Below, in pieces: positions 19,628 through 27,905 of a stretch of DNA of 64,000 bases (positions within the stretch are counted from its first letter, which is position 1; each line of letters opens with the position of its first letter). Made by a program: the position numbers and the translations under genes. The stretch covers positions 1,894,848-1,958,847 of the forward strand of contig CAVTJL010000001.1 in NCBI GenBank assembly GCA_963735065.1, read 5' to 3'. The notes under the pieces are model-generated. The model was not told where the DNA came from, did not search any database, and saw nothing but the letters and a program-made list of their open reading frames with translations. The stretch is from an uncultured Alphaproteobacteria bacterium (GTDB lineage: Bacteria; Pseudomonadota; Alphaproteobacteria; Geminicoccales; Geminicoccaceae).

Positions 19628-19670
19628 ATCGGACGGGCGCCGACCGGACGGGCGCCGATCGGACGGGCGT
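19628..19670 (+). repeat. 15-bp tandem repeat, about 2.9 copies (atcggacgggcgccg)
   Basis: atcggacgggcgccg / accggacgggcgccg / atcggacgggcgt, read directly in the intergenic leader. Confidence 0.85.
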
Positions 19671-19736
19671 GGAGGGCGGCGCGGAACCATGGCGTCGGCG
19701 CGGCGTTCCCCCGAGGTCACACATGGGAGGCGTACA

Positions 19737-19811
19737 ATGGCTGGCGGCATCCTTCTCTGGCTTCTCGGCATTCCTATTCCGATCATCCTTCTCCTGTTCC
19801 TTCTGTTTTAG
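19737..19811 (+). CDS. 24-aa hydrophobic micro-protein (MAGGILLWLLGIPIPIILLLFLLF)
   Basis: ATG 19737 lies 6 nt after GGGAGG (19725-19730). It encodes a single TM-length hydrophobic peptide, has locally lower GC, and its stop is 8 nt before the next gene's ATG. It is below the ORF-track length cutoff as an ATG-initiated ORF. Confidence 0.45.
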   Translation: MAGGILLWLLGIPIPIILLLFLLF

Positions 19812-19819
19812 GGACGGCC

Positions 19820-20722
19820 ATGCCATCCAACGCGCCTTCGATGTCCAGGTCCGCCGCACCGGCCGGCCCGGACGCACGCGAAGCGATCGTGTCCGCCGTC
19901 TCCTGGCCCGCCGTTCTGGCCGGAGCCCTCGTCGCGGTCGCGGTCACGGTGATGCTGCTGGCACTCGGTGGGGGACTAGGGCTCGCTGCGGTCTCGCCCT
20001 GGGGTGGCAATCCGTCCGCCACCTCGTTCTCGGTGATGGTCGCCGTCTGGCTCATCATCGTGCAGTGGGTCTCGGCCGGGCTGGGGGGCTATCTGACGGG
20101 CCGGCTCAGGACGAAGTGGACGGACGTCCACACCCACGAGGTCTTCTTCCGCGACACCGCCAACGGGTTCCTGACCTGGGCCGTGGCCTCGGTCGTCGTG
20201 GTGGGGCTCTCCGCCTCCGCCGGCACCTCGGCCTTGAGCGGGGCCACGCACGCTGCTGCCACCGCGGTGTCGGGCGCTGCTTCCGGCGCGGGCCAGGCGG
20301 CGGGCGGCGCCGCGCAGGGCGCCATGCAGGCGGGACCCAGCAGCTACCTCGTGGATACGCTCTTTCGCCCGGCCCAGCCGAGCGCCGACGCGCAGGGGCC
20401 GGCTCCGGTCGCCGAGGCCTCGCACATCATCGCGACCAGCCTGGGCGAGGGAACCATCGCGCCGGAGGACCGCACCTACCTGGCAGAGCTCGTGGCGGCC
20501 CGTACCGGCATCTCGCAGGCCGATGCCGAGAAGCGCATCGACGACGTGATCGCCAAGGCCAAGGAGGCCGAGGCGGCGGCCAAGAAGGCGGCCGACGCCG
20601 CGCGCAAGGCCGCATCGTCCTTCGCCTTCTTCACGGCCTTCTCGATGCTGATCGGCGCCTTCATCGCCTGCGTCGCGGCCGCCCTCGGCGGACGTCAGCG
20701 GGACGAGGCGCAGCCGGCCTAG
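19820..20722 (+). CDS. Hypothetical integral membrane protein with Ala/Gly-rich linker and C-terminal TM
   Basis: ATG 19820 lies within ORF 19592..20722. TM segments are WPAVLAGALVAVAVTVMLLAL, VMVAVWLIIVQWVSAGLGGYL, FLTWAVASVVVVGL and FAFFTAFSMLIGAFIACVAAAL. I recognise no family. Confidence 0.6.
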   Translation: MPSNAPSMSRSAAPAGPDAREAIVSAVSWPAVLAGALVAVAVTVMLLALGGGLGLAAVSPWGGNPSATSFSVMVAVWLIIVQWVSAGLGGYLTGRLRTKWTDVHTHEVFFRDTANGFLTWAVASVVVVGLSASAGTSALSGATHAAATAVSGAASGAGQAAGGAAQGAMQAGPSSYLVDTLFRPAQPSADAQGPAPVAEASHIIATSLGEGTIAPEDRTYLAELVAARTGISQADAEKRIDDVIAKAKEAEAAAKKAADAARKAASSFAFFTAFSMLIGAFIACVAAALGGRQRDEAQPA

Positions 20723-20741
20723 GCATCCCACGGAACGGCAC

Positions 20742-20770
20742 GATTGGGGGCGCTCGCTGCGCCCCCAATC
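20742..20770. terminator. Perfect 12-bp stem / 5-nt loop hairpin downstream of the membrane-protein gene
   Basis: gattgggggcgc-tcgct-gcgcccccaatc. No U-tract follows on the plus strand, so its terminator function is uncertain. Confidence 0.35.
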
Positions 20771-20780
20771 GACAAAACAA

Positions 20781-20845
20781 GAAAAAAGCCTGTTCTGCTA
20801 CGCGGCCTTGTCGATCATCTCCGAGAAGAGCCGGCGCACCGTCAT
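20781..20845 (-). pseudogene. Relic copy of the 3' end, plus a downstream A-run, of a dienelactone-hydrolase-type gene
   Basis: The minus strand reads ...MTVRRLFSEMIDKAA*, against the DLH gene end ...AAMQQLFSETIDKAG* at 21648. 29 of 36 nt are identical around the stop, and an identical aaaaaagcc lies 7-9 nt beyond the stop in both copies. Confidence 0.5.
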
Positions 20846-21040
20846 TGGTCGTCCGGGCTCGATCACCCGTTGCTCCCGCCGCCGCACGGCGGCAAGCTCG
20901 GCCGTGGGCTACAGTCTCGCGTGGATGGCCCGGCCGGGGGCATAGGCCTCGTCGGTGCGGCATCCGTTGACGGATCGCGCTCTCGCGGGCCTGGCCCTTT
21001 CGGCAGAACGGTGGATGACCAGCGCTTGGAAGCACGGACC

Positions 21041-21559
21041 GTGAGGGACCCCCGTCGAAGCGCTCGCGAAGGCCGGGGGGCGCCGCGATCCGGTGGGCGC
21101 GCGCGAGGGCTCGCGATTGCCCTGGCGCTGGCCGTCCTTCCTCTCCCGGTCCTGGCGGCCGAGCTGCGCATCTCGATCGACGGCATCCGGTCGTCGCACG
21201 GCACGGTCCTCATCGGCGTCTACGACAGTGCCAAGAGCTTCGAGAACGCGCTGCGGACCTCGGGCAGCGGCGCCTTCGTCACCGATCCGTACCGTGTGGC
21301 CGCCGCCGCGCTGCGCGTCGATGCGGCGATGAGGAGCGCCGTGGTGTTCACCGATCTCGTCCCGGGGCGGTACGCGGTGATCGCGTTCCAGGACGCGAAC
21401 GACAATGGCAGGCTCGACAAGAGCTTCCTCGGCGTTCCGACCGAGCCCTACGGATTCAGCAACGACGCGCACGGGCTCCTCAGCTCCCCGAGCTTCGATG
21501 CGGCCGCCGTGACGCTCGGCCAGGCAAACGAGGCCATCCGCATCGCGCTGGTGCACTGA
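21041..21559 (+). CDS. DUF2141 domain-containing secreted protein
   Basis: GTG 21041 is the tentative start within ORF 20744..21559. There is a signal-like LAIALALAVLPLPVLAA segment, then GTVLIGVYDS...FQDANDNGRLDKSFLGVPTEPYGFSND, the DUF2141 signature. Confidence 0.85.
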   Translation: MRDPRRSAREGRGAPRSGGRARGLAIALALAVLPLPVLAAELRISIDGIRSSHGTVLIGVYDSAKSFENALRTSGSGAFVTDPYRVAAAALRVDAAMRSAVVFTDLVPGRYAVIAFQDANDNGRLDKSFLGVPTEPYGFSNDAHGLLSSPSFDAAAVTLGQANEAIRIALVH

Positions 21560-21647
21560 GGAGGCTCCCGGCAGGAGCTCGGCTCGAGCTCACGCCGCCG
21601 CCGCGGGCGGTGATCACCGTCCAACTGATAAAAAAGCCCTTCGCCCC

Positions 21648-22376
21648 TCACCCCGCCTTGTCGATCGTCTCCGAGAACAGCTGCTGCATCGCGGCCCAGG
21701 CACGAGCGTCGGCGTCGGCGTTGAAGCGGATCGCCTCCGGCATGTTTCGCTTCGCCGCCTCGGGGTTGGTGAAGCTGTGCACCGTGCCGCCGTAGAGATG
21801 CATCTGCCAGTCGACGCCGGCATCGCGCATCTCGGCCTCGAAGCCGGCGCGCTCGTCGGGCGGGATGAAGGGATCGTCGGCGCCGATGCAGACGAGGATG
21901 CGCGCCTTGACGGCCTTGGCGTCGGTCTTGGGTGCTGTGGTCTTGAGGCCGCTGTGGAAGCCGGTGACGGCCTTGATGGCGGCGCCCGAGCGCGCGAGCT
22001 CGAGGCACATCGTGCCGCCGAAGCAGAAGCCGATGGCGCCGATGCGGGCGGCGTCGACCTCGGGGCGGGCGGTGAGCGCTGCAAGCCCGGCCGCGGCGCG
22101 GGCGCGGATGCGGGCGGTGTCGGCGTAGAGCGGCTGGAGGAGGCCTATCGCCTCCTGCAGGTCGTCGACATAGCGGGCATCGCCGTGCAGGTCGGAGGCC
22201 AGCGCCACATAGCCCATGCCGGCCAGGCGCCGGGCGCGGTCGATGGCGTGCTCGCTGAGGCCGAAGGCCTCGGGAAAGACCAGAACGCCGGCGCGCGGCC
22301 CCTTTGCGGGCTCGAGAAACAGCTGGGACTTCATGGTGAGGCCGTCGGCCTCGTAGGTCAGGGTTTCCTGGTGCAT
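21648..22376 (-). CDS. Dienelactone hydrolase family protein
   Basis: ATG 22376 (MHQETLTYEADG) lies within ORF 21648..22532. Motifs include GFCFGG (nucleophile elbow variant), ILVCIGADDPFIP and HSFTNP. Confidence 0.85.
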   Translation of the reverse strand: MHQETLTYEADGLTMKSQLFLEPAKGPRAGVLVFPEAFGLSEHAIDRARRLAGMGYVALASDLHGDARYVDDLQEAIGLLQPLYADTARIRARAAAGLAALTARPEVDAARIGAIGFCFGGTMCLELARSGAAIKAVTGFHSGLKTTAPKTDAKAVKARILVCIGADDPFIPPDERAGFEAEMRDAGVDWQMHLYGGTVHSFTNPEAAKRNMPEAIRFNADADARAWAAMQQLFSETIDKAG

Positions 22377-22489
22377 CGCCAAAAGGCCTCCCTGGGTGAG
22401 GCGGCCCGCATCCCAGGCATCGGGCTGCGGCCGCGGCCGGGAAGCTAGCAGAAGGCGGCGGCGAAGGGCACGGGCCGGATGGGGCGTCC

Positions 22490-23230
22490 GTGCTTGCTTC
22501 GGGCGGGTGGCTGATCGATGCTCGGCCGTCAAAAGCCGCGGGGGACGGGGTGGATCGGCTTGCGGTCGTGGGGCCGGTGCTCAAGGTGGTGCGCGCGCGG
22601 CCGCGCATGCTCATATCCGCCGCGCTGGGGCTCGTGATGTTCGAGGCGATCCCCCGCCACTACCTCACGAGCGCTCGGATCGCGCTCGCCTGGGACGTGG
22701 CGGCGGTGGTCTATCTCGGGCTGACCTTTCTCATGATGGCGCGCTCGGACGTGGCGCAGATGCAGCGCCGCGCGGACCGGCAGGATCTGGGGGCAGCCGG
22801 CAATCTCGTGCTGGCGCTGCTGGCGGCGGCGGTGAGCCTGGTCGCCATCGCGGCGGTGATGACGGCCGCACCCTCCGACTGGGACCAGCGCCTGATGCGG
22901 CTCGTGGCGGGCGGGGCCACGATCCTGATCTCCTGGATGGTGGTGCACACCATCTTCGCGGTGCACTACGCCCAGCAATATTACGGCGACGCCGATCCCG
23001 GGCCGGGGCGGAGCAGGCGGGGCGGGCTGAATTTCCCGGACGACGACGCGCCCGACTATTGGGACTTCATGTACTTCGCGTTCGTGATCGGCATGACGGC
23101 CCAGGTGTCGGACGTGACCATCAGCAGCAAGACGATGCGGCGCATGTCGCTGGTGCACGGCATCGTGTCGTTCATCTTCAACACGGTGATCCTGGCCCTG
23201 ACGGTGAACATCGCCGCCGGGCTGCTTTGA
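22490..23230 (+). CDS. DUF1345 domain-containing membrane protein
   Basis: The family signature is HTIFAVHYAQQYYG...GGLNFPDDDAPDYWDFMYFAFVIGMTAQVSDV. The start is uncertain; GTG 22577 is an alternative. Confidence 0.85.
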   Translation: MLASGGWLIDARPSKAAGDGVDRLAVVGPVLKVVRARPRMLISAALGLVMFEAIPRHYLTSARIALAWDVAAVVYLGLTFLMMARSDVAQMQRRADRQDLGAAGNLVLALLAAAVSLVAIAAVMTAAPSDWDQRLMRLVAGGATILISWMVVHTIFAVHYAQQYYGDADPGPGRSRRGGLNFPDDDAPDYWDFMYFAFVIGMTAQVSDVTISSKTMRRMSLVHGIVSFIFNTVILALTVNIAAGLL

Positions 23231-23234
23231 TGGC

Positions 23235-23345
23235 CGCCTACCGGCCTTCGGCCTGCTTGAGGCGGGTGCTCCCATCGCCTACCGGCCTTCGGCCTGCTTG
23301 AGGCGGGTGCTCCCGTCGCCTACCGGCCTTCGGCCTGCTTGAGGC
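23235..23345. repeat. 41-bp tandem repeat, 2.7 copies, between convergent genes
   Basis: The unit is cgcctaccggccttcggcctgcttgaggcgggtgctccc(a/g)t, at 23235-23275, 23276-23316 and a partial copy at 23317-23345. Each unit can fold (cgcct...aggcg enclosing ggcc-ttc-ggcc). The last copy abuts the era stop codon. Confidence 0.9.
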
Positions 23346-24278
23346 TCAGCGGGGGAAATCGAGCCCCGCCTCGCGGTAGCGCTCGGGGTCGTCGGTCCAG
23401 CGCTCGCGCACCTTGACGAACAAAAAGAGGTGGACGCGGGCCTCGAGGAGCCTTTCCAGCTCCTGGCGTGCCGCGGCGCCGATCGCCTTGATCTGGCGGC
23501 CGCCCTTGCCCAGCACGATCGCCTTCTGGCCGGGGCGCTGGACGTAGATCGTCTGGTCGATGCGGATCTCGCCGCCGTCGGGGCTGGCGATCCACTGCTC
23601 GGTCTCGACCGTGGTGCTGTAGGGCAGCTCCTGGGCGAGCTGGAGGAAGAGCTGCTCGCGGGTGATCTCGGCCGCCATGGCGCGGTCGGAGAGGTCGGAG
23701 AGCTGGTCCTCGGGAAAGAGCCAGGGGCCCGCCGGCAGGCGTGCCGCGAGCGCGGCCAGAAGCGCCTCGCAGCCGTCGCCCTCGAGCGCCGAGATCGGGA
23801 AGGTCTCGACGAACGAGCAAAGCTCGTTGGCTTCCTTGATGAGGGGCAGCAGGCGCGTGGGCGGGACGAGGTCGATCTTGTTGATGGCCAGCATCGCCGT
23901 CCGGCCGGCCTTCTTGACGCCCTCGATGACGCGGCGGCTGTCGCCGTCGAGGCCGCGCTTGGCGTCGAGGAGGACGAGGACGAGATCGGCGTCGGCGGCA
24001 CCGGACCAGGCGGCCTCGACCATCGCCCGCTCGAGCCGCTTGCCGGGCTCGAAGATGCCGGGCGTGTCGACGAACATGAGCTGGACCGGGCCCTGCAGCG
24101 TGATGCCGACGATGCGCCGGCGCGTGGTCTGCACCTTGGGCGAGACGATCGAGACCTTGGCGCCGACGAGGCGGTTCAAAAGGCTCGACTTGCCGACATT
24201 GGGGGCGCCCAGCAGCGCCACGAAGCCCGCGCGGGTGGGCTCCTGCGGGGCATCCGGGGCCTGGGGATCAGATGTCAT
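23346..24278 (-). CDS. era: GTPase Era
   Basis: G1 GAPNVGKSS, G3 DTPG, G4 NKID and a C-terminal KH domain. ATG 24278 or GTG 24287 could be the start, and either overlaps the rnc stop. Confidence 0.95.
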   Translation of the reverse strand: MTSDPQAPDAPQEPTRAGFVALLGAPNVGKSSLLNRLVGAKVSIVSPKVQTTRRRIVGITLQGPVQLMFVDTPGIFEPGKRLERAMVEAAWSGAADADLVLVLLDAKRGLDGDSRRVIEGVKKAGRTAMLAINKIDLVPPTRLLPLIKEANELCSFVETFPISALEGDGCEALLAALAARLPAGPWLFPEDQLSDLSDRAMAAEITREQLFLQLAQELPYSTTVETEQWIASPDGGEIRIDQTIYVQRPGQKAIVLGKGGRQIKAIGAAARQELERLLEARVHLFLFVKVRERWTDDPERYREAGLDFPR

Positions 24279-25023
24279 CGCTGCCACCTATCTGCTCGAG
24301 GAGGCGGCGGGCCGCGTCCTGCTCGGCCGCGCGCTTCGAGCGCGCCTCGGCCGACACCGCGGGATGGCCCTCGATCGCGACCGCGACGCGGAAGATCGGC
24401 GCATGCGGCGGCCCCTCGGTCGCCGCGACGCTGTAGATCGGCAGCGGCAGGCCGCGCCCCTGCGCCCATTCCTGGAGCGCCATCTTGGGATCGCGGGGCG
24501 GCGTGGCCATGGCCGCCACACGCTCGGCCCAGCGGCCGCGGATGAAGGTGCCGGCGGCGGCGAGACCGCCGTCGAGATAGAGCGCGCCGATCAGCGCCTC
24601 GCAGGCATCGGCCTTCATGCGCCGGCTGGGCGGCCCGGCCGTGCCGCGCTCGCCCGCCACCTTGAGCACGCCCTCGAGGCCCAGCTCGTCGGCGATCAGC
24701 GAGAGGGTCTCGCCGCTCACCAGCACGGCCAGGCGCTTGCTCAAGGCGCCCTCGGGCTCCTTCGGGAAGCGCTCGATCAGCATCTCGGCCACGACCAGCG
24801 CCAGCACCCGGTCGCCCAGAAACTCGAGGCGCTGGTTGCTGGCGACGCCCTGCCGCTTGGCGTTGCGGCTGCCGGTGCTGCTGGCATGGGTGAGCGCCTC
24901 GCCCAGGAGGCCCGGCTCGGCGAAGCGGTAGCCGAGACTTCCCTCGAGATCTCTCGGCGCTGGCGTGGCGGCGGCTCGGGGCTGCCCGCCGGTCACCGGA
25001 TCAGGTTCAAGATGCGGCCCCAA
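24268..25023 (-). CDS. rnc: Ribonuclease III
   Basis: RNase III signature NQRLEFLGDRVL, a later EALIGALYLD motif and a C-terminal dsRBD. The TTG start at 25023 overlaps the lepB end. Confidence 0.95.
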   Translation of the reverse strand: MGPHLEPDPVTGGQPRAAATPAPRDLEGSLGYRFAEPGLLGEALTHASSTGSRNAKRQGVASNQRLEFLGDRVLALVVAEMLIERFPKEPEGALSKRLAVLVSGETLSLIADELGLEGVLKVAGERGTAGPPSRRMKADACEALIGALYLDGGLAAAGTFIRGRWAERVAAMATPPRDPKMALQEWAQGRGLPLPIYSVAATEGPPHAPIFRVAVAIEGHPAVSAEARSKRAAEQDAARRLLEQIGGSDDI

Positions 25024-25745
25024 CGGATCGCCGTGGGCCAGGTCCAGGGCTCGAGCAGGTGCCCCGTGTCGTCGACCGAGAAGAACAGGATCTCGGCACG
25101 GCCGATCAGATTCTCGACCGGCACGTAGCCCACCTGGGTGGTGCGCGAGTCGAGCGAGTTGTCGCGATTGTCGCCCATGCAGAAGACGTGGCCGGGCGGC
25201 ACCTCGAACACGGCCGTGTTGTCGAGCGGGCCCGTCTTGGTGAGGTCGAGGATGAAGTGGGTGGCCCCGCCGGGCAGGGTCTCCTTGAACATCGGCTCCA
25301 TGACGGTCTGGCCGCCCTCCTCGTCGGCGAACTCGCCGGCGGGCTCCTCCTGGACCGGCTTGCCGTTGATGTAGAGGACGTCGTCGATCATCTGGATGCG
25401 GTCGCCGGGCAGGCCGATGACCCTCTTGATGTAGTCGGTCTTCTCGTCCGAGGGCAGCTTGAAGACGACGACGTCGCCGCGGTGCGGCAGGCTGCCGAAG
25501 ATCCGGCCCTCGAACAGCGGCAGGCCGAACGGAAAGGAGAAGCGGCTGTAGCCGTAGGCGAACTTGGAGACGAAGAGATAGTCGCCCACGAGCAGCGTGG
25601 GCTTCATCGAGCCCGAGGGAATGTTGAAGGGCTCGAAGGCGAAGGTGCGGACGCCGAGCGCGATCAGGACGGCGTAGACGAGGGTCTTGACCGTCTCCCA
25701 GACCCCGCCGCTCTTGCTCTCAGTCATTGCTACCGGCTCGTGCAT
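24993..25745 (-). CDS. lepB: Signal peptidase I
   Basis: An N-terminal TM helix, then the IPSGSMKPTL (catalytic Ser) box, KRVIGLPGD (Lys box) and GDNRDNSLDSR. Confidence 0.95.
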   Translation of the reverse strand: MHEPVAMTESKSGGVWETVKTLVYAVLIALGVRTFAFEPFNIPSGSMKPTLLVGDYLFVSKFAYGYSRFSFPFGLPLFEGRIFGSLPHRGDVVVFKLPSDEKTDYIKRVIGLPGDRIQMIDDVLYINGKPVQEEPAGEFADEEGGQTVMEPMFKETLPGGATHFILDLTKTGPLDNTAVFEVPPGHVFCMGDNRDNSLDSRTTQVGYVPVENLIGRAEILFFSVDDTGHLLEPWTWPTAIRWGRILNLIR

Positions 25746-25915
25746 CTCAAGGCTCGATCACAGGGCATGGTCCGAAGACCGCGCCCATTCGCTGACGACG
25801 GTCCGGCGGGCTCGGCCGGCCCGCGAGCGGCGCGCTGGTCGGTCGGAAAAGCCGCGCGACACTAGCGAAGGGTCGCCCCCAGGACAAGCAAGCGCTGGCA
25901 GCCCGTCGAGCCGGC

Positions 25916-26650
25916 TCAGTCTGCGAGGCAGGCCTCGTCCATGAGCTCGCGCATGCGCCGGACGGCCGGCACGAAGCCCGTGAAGATCGCCTCACCGATC
26001 AGGAAGTGGCCGATGTTGAGCTCGACGATCTCGGGCAGCGCGGCGATCGGCCCCACCGTCTCGTAGGTGAGGCCGTGGCCGGCATGGCATTCGAGGCCGA
26101 GGCTCGCGGCAAGGGCGGCAGCGGTCGCGATCCGCTCCAGCTCCTTCGCCCGCTCCTCCCCCTCGGCCTCGCAATAGCTGCCGGTATGGAGCTCGACGAC
26201 GGGGGCGCCCACCGCCTTCGCGCCCTCGAGCTGGGCGGGCGAGGGGTCGATGAACAAGGAGACGCGCACGCCGATACCGCTCAGCTCCTCGACGAGCGGG
26301 GCGATGCGATCGCGGTTGCTGACCACGTCGAGGCCGTTCTCCGTCGTCCGCTCCTCCCGCCGCTCGGGAACGAGGCAGCAGGCGTGCGGGCGCACCGCCT
26401 TGGCGATGCTCCGCATCGCCTCGGTCGCGGCCATCTCGAGATTGAGCGGCAGGTCGCACGCCTCGACGAGGCGGGCGATGTCGCCGTCGACGATGTGACG
26501 CCGATCCTCGCGCAGATGCGCCGTGATGCCGTCGCCACCCGCCGCCTTGACGAGCTGGGCCGCCCGAACCGGGTCGGGATGCGGGCCGCCCCGCGCGTTG
26601 CGCAAGGTGGCCACGTGGTCGATGTTCACGCCGAGCCTGAGCCGCCGCAT
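25916..26650 (-). CDS. pdxJ: Pyridoxine 5'-phosphate synthase
   Basis: [28 protein letters not shown] and ECHAGHGL are conserved PdxJ blocks. ATG 26650 lies within ORF 25916..26662. Confidence 0.95.
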   Translation of the reverse strand: MRRLRLGVNIDHVATLRNARGGPHPDPVRAAQLVKAAGGDGITAHLREDRRHIVDGDIARLVEACDLPLNLEMAATEAMRSIAKAVRPHACCLVPERREERTTENGLDVVSNRDRIAPLVEELSGIGVRVSLFIDPSPAQLEGAKAVGAPVVELHTGSYCEAEGEERAKELERIATAAALAASLGLECHAGHGLTYETVGPIAALPEIVELNIGHFLIGEAIFTGFVPAVRRMRELMDEACLAD

Positions 26651-26794
26651 CGGGCACTCCACTCTCCTGAGGTCCGTTGCCGCGGAATCTCGCGCGAGGC
26701 GCCCTTCTCCGCCAGCGCCAATAACGCCGCGGCCGGCGGGTCCGAACGCCGCCCACGGCCCGCGCGATGGCCGGGCGCTCCCATCAACTCAAAG

Positions 26795-26823
26795 TTGACA
26801 GAAGGTGTTTGATCCTATAGAAA
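26795..26823 (+). promoter_or_regulatory. Candidate sigma70-type promoter (TTGACA, about 17 nt, TAGAAA) placed for a leaderless transcript of the next gene
   Basis: A consensus -35 TTGACA is at 26795-26800. An AT-rich -10-like tatagaaa is at 26816-26823. ATG 26830 lies 7 nt after it, with no Shine-Dalgarno sequence in between. Confidence 0.3.
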
Positions 26824-26829
26824 GCGCAA

Positions 26830-27465
26830 ATGCCTTCCGTCTACCCTTCGCGTTCCCCCGCCTCGATGCCCGCCGCCCGCACCGTGCGGCTGGCGCGGCG
26901 ACTCGCCGGCGGCATGACGCCCGCCGAGGTCGCCAGGCACGAGGACACGGACGAGGCCGAGATTCTGGCGCTCCTCGCCGACGAGAAGTTCCAGAAGCAC
27001 GTCGCCTACTACCGGCACGAGGCCGAGCTGCCCGAGGACGAGCGCGAAGAGATCCTGATCAGGACGGCATTCGCCAGCCTCCAGCACCTCGCCGACATGG
27101 GCGACACCAAAGCGCTTTTGTTCCTCACCTACGAGGGCAACCGCGGCCGGCATCCGGAAAACCGCCTGCGCCGCCTCGTGACGCGCACGACCGATTGCGA
27201 TCCCGAGCTCTGTACTTGGGACGAGATCGGCGCGGAGTGGGACGAGGACGCCTCCGCGTCGGAGCCTTCCATCCAGGCGTCGAGAAATCCCGTCGCCGCC
27301 GAGCTCGTTTCGGACCTCCTCGCCTTCGCCCGGAGCAACCCGGACGTGGCCGACTGGGTCCTGCGCTACGCCGAGAGCCGCCACGCCACGCTGGGAGAGA
27401 GCGAGGCCGGGGCGGCGGAGGAGCAAAAAAGGAGAGCGAAAGAAGAGAAGATCAGCAAAGAATAG
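26830..27465 (+). CDS. Hypothetical acidic protein with N-terminal HTH-like segment
   Basis: 211-aa ORF. ARRLAGGMTPAEVARHEDTDEAEILALL resembles a helix-turn-helix, followed by an acidic central region and a Lys/Glu-rich tail. I recognise no family. Confidence 0.5.
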   Translation: MPSVYPSRSPASMPAARTVRLARRLAGGMTPAEVARHEDTDEAEILALLADEKFQKHVAYYRHEAELPEDEREEILIRTAFASLQHLADMGDTKALLFLTYEGNRGRHPENRLRRLVTRTTDCDPELCTWDEIGAEWDEDASASEPSIQASRNPVAAELVSDLLAFARSNPDVADWVLRYAESRHATLGESEAGAAEEQKRRAKEEKISKE

Positions 27466-27494
27466 TGACAGAAGAGCGAGCCCACGCACCCTCT

Positions 27495-27870
27495 CCGGTC
27501 ATCCCCCGCCTTGAGCGGGGGATCAACTGGCGGTCGTGACGCGACATCAGCGTGGCCAACCACGAGCCGTTGGGTCCTCCCGGTCGAGCCGTGGAATGAC
27601 GGAAGAGGCGTGCCCCGGGCCACCGCGCTTCTCTTTTGTCACCCTCGTGCCCCGACACGAGGGTCCATGCCACGTCCTGGCGGGGCCCTCGCGAGGGTGA
27701 GCATGGATCCTCGGGTCGATGCCCGAGGATGACAGGAGAAGGGCCCGTCACGCCGCGTCACCTGATCCCCCGGTCACGCCGTGGGATGACGGAAGGAGTC
27801 TGACCCGCGCCACCCCGCCTTTCCCCGTGTCACCCCCGTGCCCCGACACGAGGGGCCATGCCCCATGTCG
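27495..27870. repeat. Array of REP/MITE-like GC-rich hairpin repeats in a ~490-bp intergenic region
   Basis: Hairpins are atcccccgc-cttga-gcgggggat (27501-27523), ccctcgtg-ccccga-cacgaggg (27642-27663), the palindrome ccctcgcgaggg (27686-27697) and tcctcggg-tcgatg-cccgagga (27709-27730). A ~95-bp unit (27581-27675) recurs at 27771-27869. Pseudo-peptides such as PWNDGRG and DPRVDARG are typical of such repeats in Rhizobiales. Confidence 0.75.
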
Positions 27871-27905
27871 CGAGTGTCCCCGCCCCGCCGGCCGATCGAG
27901 CGCCC

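Noticed and set aside
23235-23345. 41-bp tandem repeat considered as a possible CRISPR array
   Set aside because: The copies are directly adjacent with no spacers, there are only 2.7 units, and no cas genes are present in the window.
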